Of a DNA stretch of 64,000 bases, positions 34,999-44,674 are shown in pieces. Both the position numbers and the translations under genes were made by a program. The stretch's first letter is position 1. Each line of letters begins with the position of its first letter. A model generated the notes under the pieces. The model had not been told where the DNA came from. It saw nothing but the letters and a program-made list of their open reading frames with translations, and did not search any database. Source of the stretch: Candidatus Pyrohabitans jungbluthii (lineage in GTDB: Archaea > Hydrothermarchaeota > Hydrothermarchaeia > Hydrothermarchaeales > BMS3B); contig MTMD02000008.1 of NCBI GenBank assembly GCA_002010065.2, positions 96,001-160,000 of the forward strand. The letters are read 5' to 3'.

Positions 34999-36030
34999 AT
35001 GGGAGTTCAACTTGGCGACCTGGTGGCGGCGAGGGAGATAAGTTTTGATGAGCTCGCGGGCAAGCGCATAGCCATAGATGCCTTCAACACCCTCTACCAG
35101 TTCCTATCAATCATCCGCCAGCCAACCGGCGAACCCCTGCGCGACTCTCAGGGCAGGGTGACAAGCCACCTCTCAGGCATACTCTACCGTAACGCGAATC
35201 TTATTGAGTTTGGCGTTTTGCCCGTGTACGTGTTTGACGGCGAGCCGCCCAAGCTGAAATCCAAGGTAATTAAAGAGAGAAACCAGCTGAGAGAGCAGGC
35301 TAAACGGGAATGGGAGCGCGCGCTGAAGGAGGAGCGCTACGAAGAGGCGTGGAGTAAGGCTGTGCAGTCTGCGAAGCTCACCGATGCAATGCTCAGCGAT
35401 GCCAAACGCTTGCTCACGCTGCTCGGCATACCATACGTTGAGGCTCCCGCTGAGGGCGAGGCTCAGGCTGCGTACATGGCAAAGCGCGGCGATGTTTTTG
35501 CCGCAGGCAGCCAGGACTACGACTCCCTGCTCTTTGGTTCGCCCCGCCTTGTACGCAACCTCACCATCTCTGGCAAGCGGAAGCTTCCGAGAAAGAAAGC
35601 GTACGTTGATGTGAAGCCTGAGATTATAACCTTGGACGAGGTGCTTCGCAGCCTTGGTGTGAGCCGGGAGCAGTTAATAGACATCGCAATACTCATAGGC
35701 ACAGATTACAACCCCGGTGGAGTCGAAGGCATAGGCCCCAAGAAGGCGTATGCGCTTATTAAAGAGCACGGTAGCGCTGAGCGTGCCCTAGAGGCGAAGG
35801 GGATAGAGGTAGACTTCGACGTGACTGAGATAAGAGAACTTTTCCTAAACCACAAAACCACTGACGATTATAAGCTAGAGTGGCACCCACCTGATAAAGA
35901 GGGTGTGGTCGCCTTTTTATGCGGGGAGAGGGACTTCTCCCGTGAGCGCGTAGAAAAGGCGCTGGAAAAGATGGAGAAGGCTTTAAAGGTCACCCGAGCG
36001 CAGCGCAGCCTGGATTCGTGGTTTAAATAA
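34999..36030 (+). CDS. fen: Flap endonuclease 1
   Basis: MGVQLG, DAFNTLYQFLSIIRQ, EGEAQAA, SQDYD, C-terminal PIP box QRSLDSWF. Confidence 0.97.
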   Translation: MGVQLGDLVAAREISFDELAGKRIAIDAFNTLYQFLSIIRQPTGEPLRDSQGRVTSHLSGILYRNANLIEFGVLPVYVFDGEPPKLKSKVIKERNQLREQAKREWERALKEERYEEAWSKAVQSAKLTDAMLSDAKRLLTLLGIPYVEAPAEGEAQAAYMAKRGDVFAAGSQDYDSLLFGSPRLVRNLTISGKRKLPRKKAYVDVKPEIITLDEVLRSLGVSREQLIDIAILIGTDYNPGGVEGIGPKKAYALIKEHGSAERALEAKGIEVDFDVTEIRELFLNHKTTDDYKLEWHPPDKEGVVAFLCGERDFSRERVEKALEKMEKALKVTRAQRSLDSWFK

Positions 36031-36382
36031 GTTCATGAACGCACAGTACACCTGTGACCTTTCCTCCCTTGCCCCATACAAGCAGGTGTCGCACGCCACT
36101 TATCGCCATGACCTTCATCGCATTTTCCAGTTCGTCGTCTTCATTAATCTGCAGACAGGGGTTTCTTCCCATTACTTCGCAAGGAGTCATCATCTGGTAC
36201 GCTTTTACTTTTGATGTGTCGTTGCCGGAGGCGCGCCATGCGATAATGTCGCTGTCGGTAATTAAGCCAACTATCTCCCCCTTTTCCTTTATAACAACTA
36301 TATCCGAGCGGTTCTTTTTCATTGTCTCAACAACTTCCTCAAAACTCGCTTCGGGGCTCACCTCTGGCAAATCTGTGCGCAT
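36023..36382 (-). CDS. CBS domain protein
   Basis: VGLITDSDI and GVRHLLV CBS pair. Confidence 0.8.
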   Translation of the reverse strand: MRTDLPEVSPEASFEEVVETMKKNRSDIVVIKEKGEIVGLITDSDIIAWRASGNDTSKVKAYQMMTPCEVMGRNPCLQINEDDELENAMKVMAISGVRHLLVWGKGGKVTGVLCVHELI

Positions 36383-36404
36383 ATTATCTTTAACCGTTGC
36401 TATT

Positions 36405-36776
36405 TTAATACCCCCTCCTGCCTATTTCACCCCTCAAGCTTCGGAAATCTCTGAATGGTAGCACCCTTCCGGCGCTCATCCCCAGCTTTCTCCAGTGGAC
36501 TATATGGTTTATCTCAGACTTAAGCCAGATAAGGCGTTCCTTCTCGCTTTTCCTGTCCAGCTTCCCCTCCTCCTTCTCTGTATAGAAGTCTTCAAAGGCT
36601 TTCAGATACTCCTTAAGCTCATTATCGTCGGGGTACTTATTCGTCAACTTCTCAAGCTCCTCCTTCACCCCTTTTATGGCTTCGTCGTACCCCTCCTCCT
36701 CATCGATAAACATACCAAAGGCTTCGTCGAGCTTGTTTGCAATCTCCTCCAAAGTGTATGCACTTGCCTTTACCAT
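36405..36776 (-). CDS. Hypothetical helical protein (123 aa)
   Basis: Likely start MVKASAY after AGGTGG SD; the upstream part of the 298-aa ORF is antisense to the next gene. Confidence 0.65.
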   Translation of the reverse strand: MVKASAYTLEEIANKLDEAFGMFIDEEEGYDEAIKGVKEELEKLTNKYPDDNELKEYLKAFEDFYTEKEEGKLDRKSEKERLIWLKSEINHIVHWRKLGMSAGRVLPFRDFRSLRGEIGRRGY

Positions 36777-36879
36777 TTTCCCACCTGTGTAACTCTTGGC
36801 ATGATGGCTTATTAATATTTCTATGACAGTTATAAAAAAATTAAAAGACGGTAGAAAGATTGTTGAATATTGAAGGGTA

Positions 36880-37392
36880 ATGAAGTGCAAGGGTTGCGGC
36901 GCGGAGTTAAAAGACGACTGGGCTTTTTGCCCACATTGTGGAAGCAAAAACGCGCCCTCCCAACTGCGACACTTAGACGATGCCTTAAATGTTTTTGAAC
37001 AGAGCATCAAGAACATATTCAGCGATGTTGCAAACTTCCCCTTTGGCAAGGGATTTATTGTGGAGATATCCCGGGGTGAGGGTGAACCAAAGGTTTCCAT
37101 AAAGGATTTTGACGACATTTCTGAGGTTTTTAAGAGCAGAAACAGGGTAAATCCACGCGATCCGGAGGTAGTTGAGCCAGAGGTAACGATTGAGCGCAAT
37201 GGGCGATTGATAAAAGTAAGCCTGCCAGGCGTTGAGAATAACGACGACATAGTTGTCAGAAAGCTTGAAAATTCCATAGAAGTACGAGCAAAAGCAGGCA
37301 AAAAGAAGTATTTTACTGTTATACCCGTGAAATATAAAAAGATAGCTGCGAAGATGTTCTCGCAGAATATGCTTGAAATAAAACTCAGATAA
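36880..37392 (+). CDS. Zinc-ribbon plus Hsp20/alpha-crystallin-like protein
   Basis: CKGCG...FCPHCG; EP......IKVSLPGV...DI.V.....SIEVRA. Confidence 0.75.
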   Translation: MKCKGCGAELKDDWAFCPHCGSKNAPSQLRHLDDALNVFEQSIKNIFSDVANFPFGKGFIVEISRGEGEPKVSIKDFDDISEVFKSRNRVNPRDPEVVEPEVTIERNGRLIKVSLPGVENNDDIVVRKLENSIEVRAKAGKKKYFTVIPVKYKKIAAKMFSQNMLEIKLR

Positions 37393-37462
37393 CATCGCCA
37401 TTTCTGACCTGTATAAATTCTTTTACCATGTTATGGCTTCATATGCTCAGTGCTACACCTGT

Positions 37463-37555
37463 GGGGGCATGGTGTAGCGGCTATCATAGCGGGCTCCAGA
37501 CGACACCTAAGGCGGGAGATACCCGCCGACCTGGGTTCGAGTCCCAGTGCCCCCA
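37463..37555 (+). tRNA. tRNA-Trp(CCA) with a 21-nt canonical-position intron (37500-37520)
   Basis: Acceptor GGGGGCA/TGCCCCC-A; anticodon CCA at 37496-37498; GTTCGAGTC T-loop; bulge-helix-bulge (AGA / CTCC:GGAG / ATA). Confidence 0.95.
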
Positions 37556-37566
37556 CTCTTCTTTCT

Positions 37567-38436
37567 CTAAAAGGCTTCAAAAGTATTATTTCCTCCCGAA
37601 CCAACAACACTGGAATTAACCACACTCGCCGTCAAAATCCTGTCCACTACCCCATTGCCGTCCTCGTCTACCTCTACCGCCGTGCCATTTACCCGTATGA
37701 ACTTGTCTATTATCCCATCGTTGTTTTCGTCCTTGAGAGTTATCATTACCCCCTCCAGAATGTAGGTTACACCTGTCAGGTTGCCAGCCTCATAGTGCTC
37801 CTGATATTCAGAGATTTCGCCAGCCAAAGGGATGTACCTTCTTAACTCCGGTATAGAAGTAATCTCGCTGCCCTTAATTTCAGGGGGTAAAAGGAATTTC
37901 TCCAGCTTTGCGTTGACATAGCTTGGGGTGAGGTTCCACCTCCAGGCTAGCGAATAATTGGAGGTTAACGTAGAGGTTTCATTCTTAGAAGGTGCTTCTG
38001 AAAAAGGAGTAATACGCTTTCTGAAAAGCTCTCCATCGCGCCATATTTCGACTATACCCGCTGCAAGGTCATAGATGCCAATCACATCCACAAAGGTGTC
38101 GCTGTCATTGATGTCTATAAACTCCGCCAGAAGCATTCCATCGCTGCTCTCAAATACCCCCCGGTAACCACCATCGTAAGTTTGAGAAATTCCTTTAAAT
38201 TCAGCAATGCGGGACCTGTCTCTTGTGGCTATAGATATATTCTCAAAGCCTGTGCCACTCATGGGTTCTTGGAATAAGATGTAGATATCTGCGGCGTTCC
38301 CATATGTATCGATGATAATATAGTCAAAGTCGGGTCTGCTTGTATTTTCCTCTGCAACCTCTGGTGTCTTAAACATATAAATCGCAGCGATTATAAAAAA
38401 AGCAGCCACTATGGCTATTGCAGGGCGCATTTTCAT
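37567..38436 (-). CDS. Membrane-anchored secreted protein with Dx[DN]xDG-like Ca-binding loops
   Basis: N-terminal TM; DENNDGIID and DEDGNGVVD. Confidence 0.65.
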   Translation of the reverse strand: MKMRPAIAIVAAFFIIAAIYMFKTPEVAEENTSRPDFDYIIIDTYGNAADIYILFQEPMSGTGFENISIATRDRSRIAEFKGISQTYDGGYRGVFESSDGMLLAEFIDINDSDTFVDVIGIYDLAAGIVEIWRDGELFRKRITPFSEAPSKNETSTLTSNYSLAWRWNLTPSYVNAKLEKFLLPPEIKGSEITSIPELRRYIPLAGEISEYQEHYEAGNLTGVTYILEGVMITLKDENNDGIIDKFIRVNGTAVEVDEDGNGVVDRILTASVVNSSVVGSGGNNTFEAF

Positions 38437-38510
38437 GTGTCCTTCTTCAAGGCCAAAATTTAAATACTTTTTCTGCAAACACTACTACAGATGGGGGAAT
38501 AGAAATAAAA

Positions 38511-38969
38511 GTGCTCATGTGTACCGATGGCTCGAGGTTTGCGGAAGAAGCGATAGAGCAGGCTGGCTACCTCCTGAAGCACATCAATCCCGAGGTTACT
38601 ATCCTCCGCGTTATACCCAATTTCGAGGAGGAGTACAGGGAGTACAACGAATACTTCGAGGTTTTCAGGGACGACATTCACAGGCTTAGAAAGCTTGGAA
38701 CACCTAAGGCTGTGACCAGGTCGCTTGAGGCAGGTGTGAAGATTCTGGAGAAGTATGGGATAAAGGCAAACACAAAGGTGCGCAAAGGCAGAGCCGCCGA
38801 CGAAATAATAAAAGAGATAGAAGAGGGCGACTATAACCTGGTTGTCCTCGCCTCCTACGGCAAGGGTATAAGCAAGTTCATGCTGGGCAGCGTCTCTCGA
38901 GAGGTGGTCCACCGCTCTGAGATACCTGTGCTTGTGATTAAAAGTAAAGAAGGCAGGACGATGTTTTAG
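38511..38969 (+). CDS. Universal stress protein (start uncertain)
   Basis: CTDGS; GRAADEI; LVVLASYG...MLGSVSREVV...PVLV. Confidence 0.9.
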   Translation: MLMCTDGSRFAEEAIEQAGYLLKHINPEVTILRVIPNFEEEYREYNEYFEVFRDDIHRLRKLGTPKAVTRSLEAGVKILEKYGIKANTKVRKGRAADEIIKEIEEGDYNLVVLASYGKGISKFMLGSVSREVVHRSEIPVLVIKSKEGRTMF

Positions 38970-39371
38970 GTGATGGCGATGAAGGAGCTTGCGCAGCTAA
39001 AAGCTGAAGACATTATGCTTCCTGCCGAGAAGGTGATAACAGTTTCGCCGGAAGATAAGGTTGCACTGGCAGACCTCATAATGACGCGCTCAAGCGTGGG
39101 CAGTCTGCCCGTGGTCGAAGGTGAGAAGATACTGGGCATACTCACGCAGCGCGATATAATGCTTGCGAAAACCTTTCAAGTAGGCGGCCTACCTGTGCGC
39201 GACCTCATGACCAAGCGTTTGATAGTTGTTAGCAGAGATGCGCCCCTCAAAGAGGTTCTCCGCCTGATGATAGAAAACAAAATAGAGCGCCTGCCTGTGG
39301 TAGAAGATGGAAAATTCCTCGGGCTTATTGTCCATGGAAGAATACTCAAGGAGCTTTACCGCCGCCTTTAA
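38970..39371 (+). CDS. CBS domain protein
   Basis: SLPVV...GILTQRDI; IERLPVV. Confidence 0.88.
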   Translation: MMAMKELAQLKAEDIMLPAEKVITVSPEDKVALADLIMTRSSVGSLPVVEGEKILGILTQRDIMLAKTFQVGGLPVRDLMTKRLIVVSRDAPLKEVLRLMIENKIERLPVVEDGKFLGLIVHGRILKELYRRL

Positions 39372-39631
39372 GGCGCTGCTCTTGCGGTATAAACTATGTT
39401 CTTTAAGATTACTATGTCCCCCACAGCCTTTACCGCCATATAGGGCACATTTACCCCTTTAGCTTTATCTACTCCCACCCTCTTCCAGAAGCTCTCCTCC
39501 ACATTGCTCACAAGTATGCCGAGCACCTTGCCTGTCTCCGGGTCGATAACTACATCTTCAACAGTCCCCACATGTGCCCCATCTTCGGTGAAAACTTCCT
39601 TACCAGTGATTTCACTCAACCTCGAAACCAA
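39368..39631 (-). CDS. PRC-barrel protein (CdpB-like cell division protein)
   Basis: GKEVFT.DG..VG.VEDVVID...VPY..V.AVGDIV. Confidence 0.82.
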   Translation of the reverse strand: MVSRLSEITGKEVFTEDGAHVGTVEDVVIDPETGKVLGILVSNVEESFWKRVGVDKAKGVNVPYMAVKAVGDIVILKNIVYTARAAP

Positions 39632-39720
39632 GGGAACCACCTCATCAACATGTAAATGGTAGATATGAGACGATGCATATATAAAGCTAATGATGTGTAG
39701 TTTAATAAAAAGTTTGGGGC

Positions 39721-40812
39721 ATGGTTATGAAGGACAACTACAAAATGGGTAACATTTTGGGAATTCCCTTGGAGCTACATGTATCCTTTCTCCTCCTTCT
39801 CCTCTTTTTCTTCATATACAGCGCCCTCACCCTTAATCCGGGACCATTTATCTACATAGTGATGCTATTCGCCACCGTTACCCTGCACGAGTTGAGTCAT
39901 TCGCTGGTAGCGCGGCGCTACGGAATTAAAATCACAAAAATAACCCTCCTCCCCTTTGGCGGAATCGCATCGATGGAGGAGATACCAAAAGATCCAAAGA
40001 AGGAGTTTGCCATAGCCATCGCAGGCCCTGGATTTAATTTCATCGTGGGGGCTCTGAGCCTCGTTGCTATCGCAGCCTTTAGCGATGTGAGCAGGATTTT
40101 CCCTTTCTTTGAGTTCAAAATGGAGAGCCTCATCGACCTGCTGCTGGTGTTCTTCAAGGTGAACCTCCTTCTTGGCGCCTTTAACCTCTTCATCCCAGCG
40201 CTGCCAATGGATGGCGGGCGGGTCTTCCGCTCCCTCTTAGCCTTCAAGCTGGGATTTCCCGCAGCCACAGAAATTGCCACCGGCATAGCGAAGCTCATAG
40301 CGATTTTCATGGCTCTCACTGGCGTGCTCCTCCCCAACCTCTGGCTGATTTTCATCGCCTTCTTTGTGTACATCGGCGCAACGCAAGAAGGCGAGGTGTC
40401 GCGAATAAACTTCATGCTCGCGGGCTTAAAGGTTAAAGACCTGATGAGCACAAAGGTCGTGACTGTTAACAAGGACATAACCCTGGAGGAATTCGCTGAC
40501 ATCCTCTTTGAGAAGAAGCACATGGGCTACCCCGTGGTGGAGGGAAATAGGCTCGTGGGGATAATTACCTTCAGCGACCTGTCGCGGGTGCCTAGAGAGG
40601 AGTGGAGCATAAAGCGCGTTGGCGATGTCATGACGAAGAGGCTTATAACCATAGGTCAAGACGAAGATGCCTTTGAGGCTTTTATTCGCATGGCACGTGC
40701 CGGCGTTGGCAGGCTTCTTGTAGTGGAGGGCGAGAGGCTGGTGGGAATTATCTCTAGGACAGACTTACTGCGCACCCTTGAAATAATGCGCCTCATGAGG
40801 TTTCAGAGATGA
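39721..40812 (+). CDS. Site-2 protease (M50) with CBS domains
   Basis: HELSH, AGP, FN..PALPMDGGR; C-terminal CBS pair. Confidence 0.93.
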   Translation: MVMKDNYKMGNILGIPLELHVSFLLLLLFFFIYSALTLNPGPFIYIVMLFATVTLHELSHSLVARRYGIKITKITLLPFGGIASMEEIPKDPKKEFAIAIAGPGFNFIVGALSLVAIAAFSDVSRIFPFFEFKMESLIDLLLVFFKVNLLLGAFNLFIPALPMDGGRVFRSLLAFKLGFPAATEIATGIAKLIAIFMALTGVLLPNLWLIFIAFFVYIGATQEGEVSRINFMLAGLKVKDLMSTKVVTVNKDITLEEFADILFEKKHMGYPVVEGNRLVGIITFSDLSRVPREEWSIKRVGDVMTKRLITIGQDEDAFEAFIRMARAGVGRLLVVEGERLVGIISRTDLLRTLEIMRLMRFQR

Positions 40813-42254
40813 AGGTGCTCACAGCGAAGGAGTTGAAAATCCTGGATATAAACAGCGCCTGGTTGGGCGTGCCGGCGGAAGAGCTAATGGAGAATGCCGG
40901 CAGAGCGGTGGCAGAGGAGCTGGCGAAGAGGGTAGAAGTTAAGGATAAGCGCGTACTGGTGCTCTGCGGCACGGGCAACAATGGTGGCGATGGTTTAGTG
41001 ACCGCGCGCTACCTTGCTCAAAAGGGCGCTAAGGTAGTGGTGATGCTCCTCGGTGAACCTAAAAGCAGAGAGGCTAAGCAGAAGCTGGCGATGGTTAAGA
41101 AGCTTGGAGTTAGGGTGAAACGTCTGAAAAAGCAAAGCTTTGACGCCGAGATAATCGTGGATGCCCTGCTTGGCACTGGAATAAAAGGCGAGGTCCGCGA
41201 GCCCTACCGCAGCGTAATAGAGGAGGTAAATAAAAGCGATGCCTTTAAGGTTTCTGTGGACATGCCTTCAGGGCTTAACGAAGCCGGCGAGGGCTACTGT
41301 GTCACCCCAGACCTTGTGGTCACCTTCCATGCGCTGAAGCCGGGCTTGGAACGCTTTAACACAGTCGTGAGGGACATAGGGATACCTGATAAAGCCGCCA
41401 CCCACGTAGGCGCCGGAGATGTGGTGGTCAACCTCCCGGAGAGGAGAAGGGAAGCTCACAAGGGCGACTACGGGCAAGTGTTAATCATCGGAGGTGGCTC
41501 TGAGTATCACGGCGCCCCTCTGCTGAGCGCACTGGCGGCGCTTAATGCCGGAGCCGACCTAGTTTACCTTGCAGTGCCAGAACTCAATTTTGAGGTTTCG
41601 CGCAGCTTCATGCCAGATTTTATAATCAAACCATACAGGGGCGAGTATTTCTCTATGGAAGCTATTCCAGTGATTGAAGAACTTCTTGCGCGGGCTACTT
41701 GTGTGCTCCTTGGCCCTGGGCTGGGAGTTAAAGAAGAAACAGTCAAAGCGGTGGTTGAGGTTCTGAAGCGTTGCTCAAAGCCCTGCGTTGTGGACGCGGA
41801 CGCGCTGAAGGCGCTAAGGGATGAGCTTCCCATCCAGGGGTCAGAACTTGTGCTCACACCCCATGCGGGCGAGTTTTACACCCTCACCGGTGAGCGTCTT
41901 CCTTCACAGCTTGAAGAGAAGGTCGAGGTGATGAGACGGTGGAGCAGGCAACTTGAAAGCGTCATCCTCCTTAAAGGGAGCGTGGACATAATCTCCTCGC
42001 CAAGGGGCAAAGTAAAGCTCAACGAAACAGGCAACCCGGGCATGACCGTTGGCGGCACCGGAGATGTTCTCTCTGGCTTAGTCGCTGGTTTAATAGCTCA
42101 AGGGCTAAGCGCCTACGACGCAGCCTGCTGCGCCGCATTTATAAATGGCTACGCTGGCGATATGCTTCTGGAAGAGAAGGGCTACGCTTTCACCGCAAGC
42201 GATTTGGCGGCGCAGATTCCCTACGCGATTAAGGATATTTTAGATTTCATTTAA
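40809..42254 (+). CDS. nnr: Bifunctional NAD(P)HX epimerase/dehydratase
   Basis: LMENAG, GNNGGDG, HKG.YG, TPHAGEF, GGTGDVL. Confidence 0.95.
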   Translation: MKVLTAKELKILDINSAWLGVPAEELMENAGRAVAEELAKRVEVKDKRVLVLCGTGNNGGDGLVTARYLAQKGAKVVVMLLGEPKSREAKQKLAMVKKLGVRVKRLKKQSFDAEIIVDALLGTGIKGEVREPYRSVIEEVNKSDAFKVSVDMPSGLNEAGEGYCVTPDLVVTFHALKPGLERFNTVVRDIGIPDKAATHVGAGDVVVNLPERRREAHKGDYGQVLIIGGGSEYHGAPLLSALAALNAGADLVYLAVPELNFEVSRSFMPDFIIKPYRGEYFSMEAIPVIEELLARATCVLLGPGLGVKEETVKAVVEVLKRCSKPCVVDADALKALRDELPIQGSELVLTPHAGEFYTLTGERLPSQLEEKVEVMRRWSRQLESVILLKGSVDIISSPRGKVKLNETGNPGMTVGGTGDVLSGLVAGLIAQGLSAYDAACCAAFINGYAGDMLLEEKGYAFTASDLAAQIPYAIKDILDFI

Positions 42255-42302
42255 ATGGTTATCTATCCTCCCTGATAAGGTATTTATAAAGGAGGTATCT
42301 GT

Positions 42303-42842
42303 ATGACGGATGTGGTTATAGAGAATGTAGTTGCCTCAACCTCTCTGGGACAGAAATTTGACCTAGGGTTAATAACTGTCAATCTTGACCGCGTGGAGTA
42401 TGAGCCCGAGCAGTTCCCTGGACTTGTGTATCACCTCGACGAGCCCAAGGCTGCGGCGCTGATTTTTGGTTCTGGTAAGATTGTCTGTACGGGAGCGAAG
42501 AGCATTGAAGAGGCACACCTTGCCATAAAGAAGATAATTGAGAAGATAAGGGAGGCGGGGATAGAGATAAACTCCGAGCCTGAGGTTGTGATACAGAACG
42601 TTGTTGCGACTGCCAACCTGAATGCTGAGCTTAATCTTGATGCAATTGCAATAGCTCTTGACAATACTGAGTATGAGCCCGAGCAGTTCCCTGGCTTAGT
42701 GTACAGGATGCAGGACCCCAAGGTGGTGCTGCTTCTTTTCGGCTCAGGCAAAATTGTGTGCACTGGTGCAAAGAGTGTAGAAGATGCGAAGCGCGCCACT
42801 GAAAATGTAAAGGCTACTCTAAAAGAGCTGGGACTGCTGTAG
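42303..42842 (+). CDS. tbp: TATA-box binding protein
   Basis: Two repeats of NVVA...EYEPEQFPGLVY...FGSGKIVCTGAKS. Confidence 0.98.
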   Translation: MTDVVIENVVASTSLGQKFDLGLITVNLDRVEYEPEQFPGLVYHLDEPKAAALIFGSGKIVCTGAKSIEEAHLAIKKIIEKIREAGIEINSEPEVVIQNVVATANLNAELNLDAIAIALDNTEYEPEQFPGLVYRMQDPKVVLLLFGSGKIVCTGAKSVEDAKRATENVKATLKELGLL

Positions 42843-42852
42843 GGGTTGTGGA

Positions 42853-43479
42853 ATGGAGTACGACTACGAAAAGCTCCTTGAAAAGGCATACGAGGAGCTT
42901 CCGGAGAAGGTAAAGGAGCATAAGCGCTTTGAAATACCTCAAATAGCCTCGATTGTCCAGGGAAAGATTACTGTAGTGCAGAACCTAGTTGAGGTAGCGA
43001 AGCTGATAAACCGCCCCCCTGAGATGCTGGTGAAGTATTTACTAAGGGAGCTGGGTACCGCAGGTAGTTTAGAGGGTCAGTACCTCATAATGAAGGGGCA
43101 GTTCCGCCAGCCCCAGATTCAGGAGAAGTTTGAAGCCTTCCTCGCCCAGTACGTCCTGTGCCCTGAGTGCGGTCGCCCTGACACGCGGATAATCAAAGAG
43201 GACAGGATTACCCTGCTCAAGTGCGAAGCCTGCGGCTCCAGGCACCCTCTGAGCGCTATTCGCACCGCATCTGTGCCAAAGCGCAGCACAAAGCCTGAGG
43301 TGGGTGAGGAAATTACAGTGCAGATTACCCAGACAGGAAAGCATGGCGACGGCGTTGCAAAGCTAGGGGAGTATATAATATACGTGAGTGGTGCCCGTGA
43401 GGGACAGAGGGTTAAGGCGAGAATCACAGGCGTGCAGGGCACGCGGATTTTTGCAACCGCCATAGAGGTACTCAGGTGA
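42853..43479 (+). CDS. eif2b: Translation initiation factor 2 beta subunit with C-terminal TRAM domain
   Basis: YEKLL, RELGT.G, CPECGRPDT...CEACG; GDGVAK TRAM segment. Confidence 0.93.
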   Translation: MEYDYEKLLEKAYEELPEKVKEHKRFEIPQIASIVQGKITVVQNLVEVAKLINRPPEMLVKYLLRELGTAGSLEGQYLIMKGQFRQPQIQEKFEAFLAQYVLCPECGRPDTRIIKEDRITLLKCEACGSRHPLSAIRTASVPKRSTKPEVGEEITVQITQTGKHGDGVAKLGEYIIYVSGAREGQRVKARITGVQGTRIFATAIEVLR

Positions 43480-44175
43480 ATGTTAAAGGCTATTTTTTTT
43501 GATATAGACGACACCCTCTACGACAGCACCACTTTAGCAAGAATGGCGAGGCTCAACTCCATCCGCGCAATGATCGACGCCGGCTTGGAGGAGCGCGACG
43601 AGGAAAAGCTCTACTCTCTGCTGCAAAAGGTAATCGCGAAGTTCGGCTCAAACTACGGAAAGCACTACGACGAGCTTCTCAAGGAGCTTGGTATGGAGTG
43701 GAATCCCAAGATAGTTGCTGCAGGTGTCGTCGCCTACGAGCACACTAAATTCGGGTACCTCAAGCCCTTCCCGGGCGTTGTGCCAACACTCATTGAGCTG
43801 AGGCAGCATTACAAGCTGGGGGTTATATCCAACGGCTTGGCGGTGAAGCAGTGGGAGAAGCTGATAAACCTCGGCATACACCACTTCTTCGACGTTGTGG
43901 TGACAAGCGAAGAGGTGGGGTGCGAGAAGCCTGAGGTGGAGATATTCAAGCTGGCGATGGAAAAACTTGGGGTAAGCGCAAGAGAGTGCGTTATGGTGGG
44001 GGATCGTATAGAGACAGACATTCTCGGGGGTAAAGCCTCTGGTATGAAGACAGTGTGGGTGAGGAGGGGGAAGTACTCCAGGGTAGAGCCCAAAAGCGAA
44101 GAGGAAAAGCCAGACGCGGTGATTTCTGAGGTGGTGGAGCTTCCGGGCGTGCTCTCTAAGCTCAGTCCACAATAA
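43480..44175 (+). CDS. HAD-superfamily hydrolase (TIGR02253-like)
   Basis: FFDIDDTL, SNG, KP, VGDRIETDI. Confidence 0.9.
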   Translation: MLKAIFFDIDDTLYDSTTLARMARLNSIRAMIDAGLEERDEEKLYSLLQKVIAKFGSNYGKHYDELLKELGMEWNPKIVAAGVVAYEHTKFGYLKPFPGVVPTLIELRQHYKLGVISNGLAVKQWEKLINLGIHHFFDVVVTSEEVGCEKPEVEIFKLAMEKLGVSARECVMVGDRIETDILGGKASGMKTVWVRRGKYSRVEPKSEEEKPDAVISEVVELPGVLSKLSPQ

Positions 44176-44590
44176 CGCGCCCGTCCTTGAGGATGGTTAT
44201 CCTTATATCCTCCCTCACCACTCTGCCATTGAGCTTTCGCTTAGCCTCCCGCTCAATCTTCTCTATTAGCGAAAGGGTATTCTCCTTCACCTTGATTCCG
44301 CACTCTGTGGCGCAGGCGAATACCTTCTTGGGTACGTTGAATATGTCCTCCCCTCTACCAACCTCAATCATGAGGGGTGCGCCTATCTTGTTGAAAAGCT
44401 CTAAGGTGCGCGCCGCCTTCTGGATGTTCTTCCTCGCTCTACTCTCCGTGATGCTCACATTCGCTCGCGTAGTTCCCAGAATCTGGGCAACCTGGGCTTG
44501 AGTATATCCCTTGGCGCGCAGCTCCAGTATCTTCGCCTGGGTAGGGGTGAGAAAGGTTTCGAGTACCTCCTCATCTGTAAACGCCGGCAT
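44162..44590 (-). CDS. Tfx-family DNA-binding protein
   Basis: FLT..Q..IL.LR.KG.TQ..VA..LGTTRANVS..E.RA..NI.KA..TL. Confidence 0.88.
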   Translation of the reverse strand: MPAFTDEEVLETFLTPTQAKILELRAKGYTQAQVAQILGTTRANVSITESRARKNIQKAARTLELFNKIGAPLMIEVGRGEDIFNVPKKVFACATECGIKVKENTLSLIEKIEREAKRKLNGRVVREDIRITILKDGRVIVD

Positions 44591-44674
44591 TTAACTACCC
44601 AATAGGCTTTAGGCTCTCAAAGACTTTTAAAGATTTCGATTCATGTTAGCCTCCGGAATTAAGAAGGTGGTAGC

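Noticed and set aside
36777-37301. N-terminal 175 aa of the 298-aa ORF 36405-37301
   Set aside because: Shadow of the Zn-ribbon/Hsp20 gene; the SD supports a start at 36776
37556-38436. Integrated element at the tRNA-Trp 3' end
   Set aside because: No integrase and no duplicated tRNA 3' fragment (att site) seen; only one somewhat AT-rich gene follows
42380-42780. Direct DNA repeat GAGTATGAGCCCGAGCAGTTCCCTGG
   Set aside because: It is the normal internal duplication of TBP
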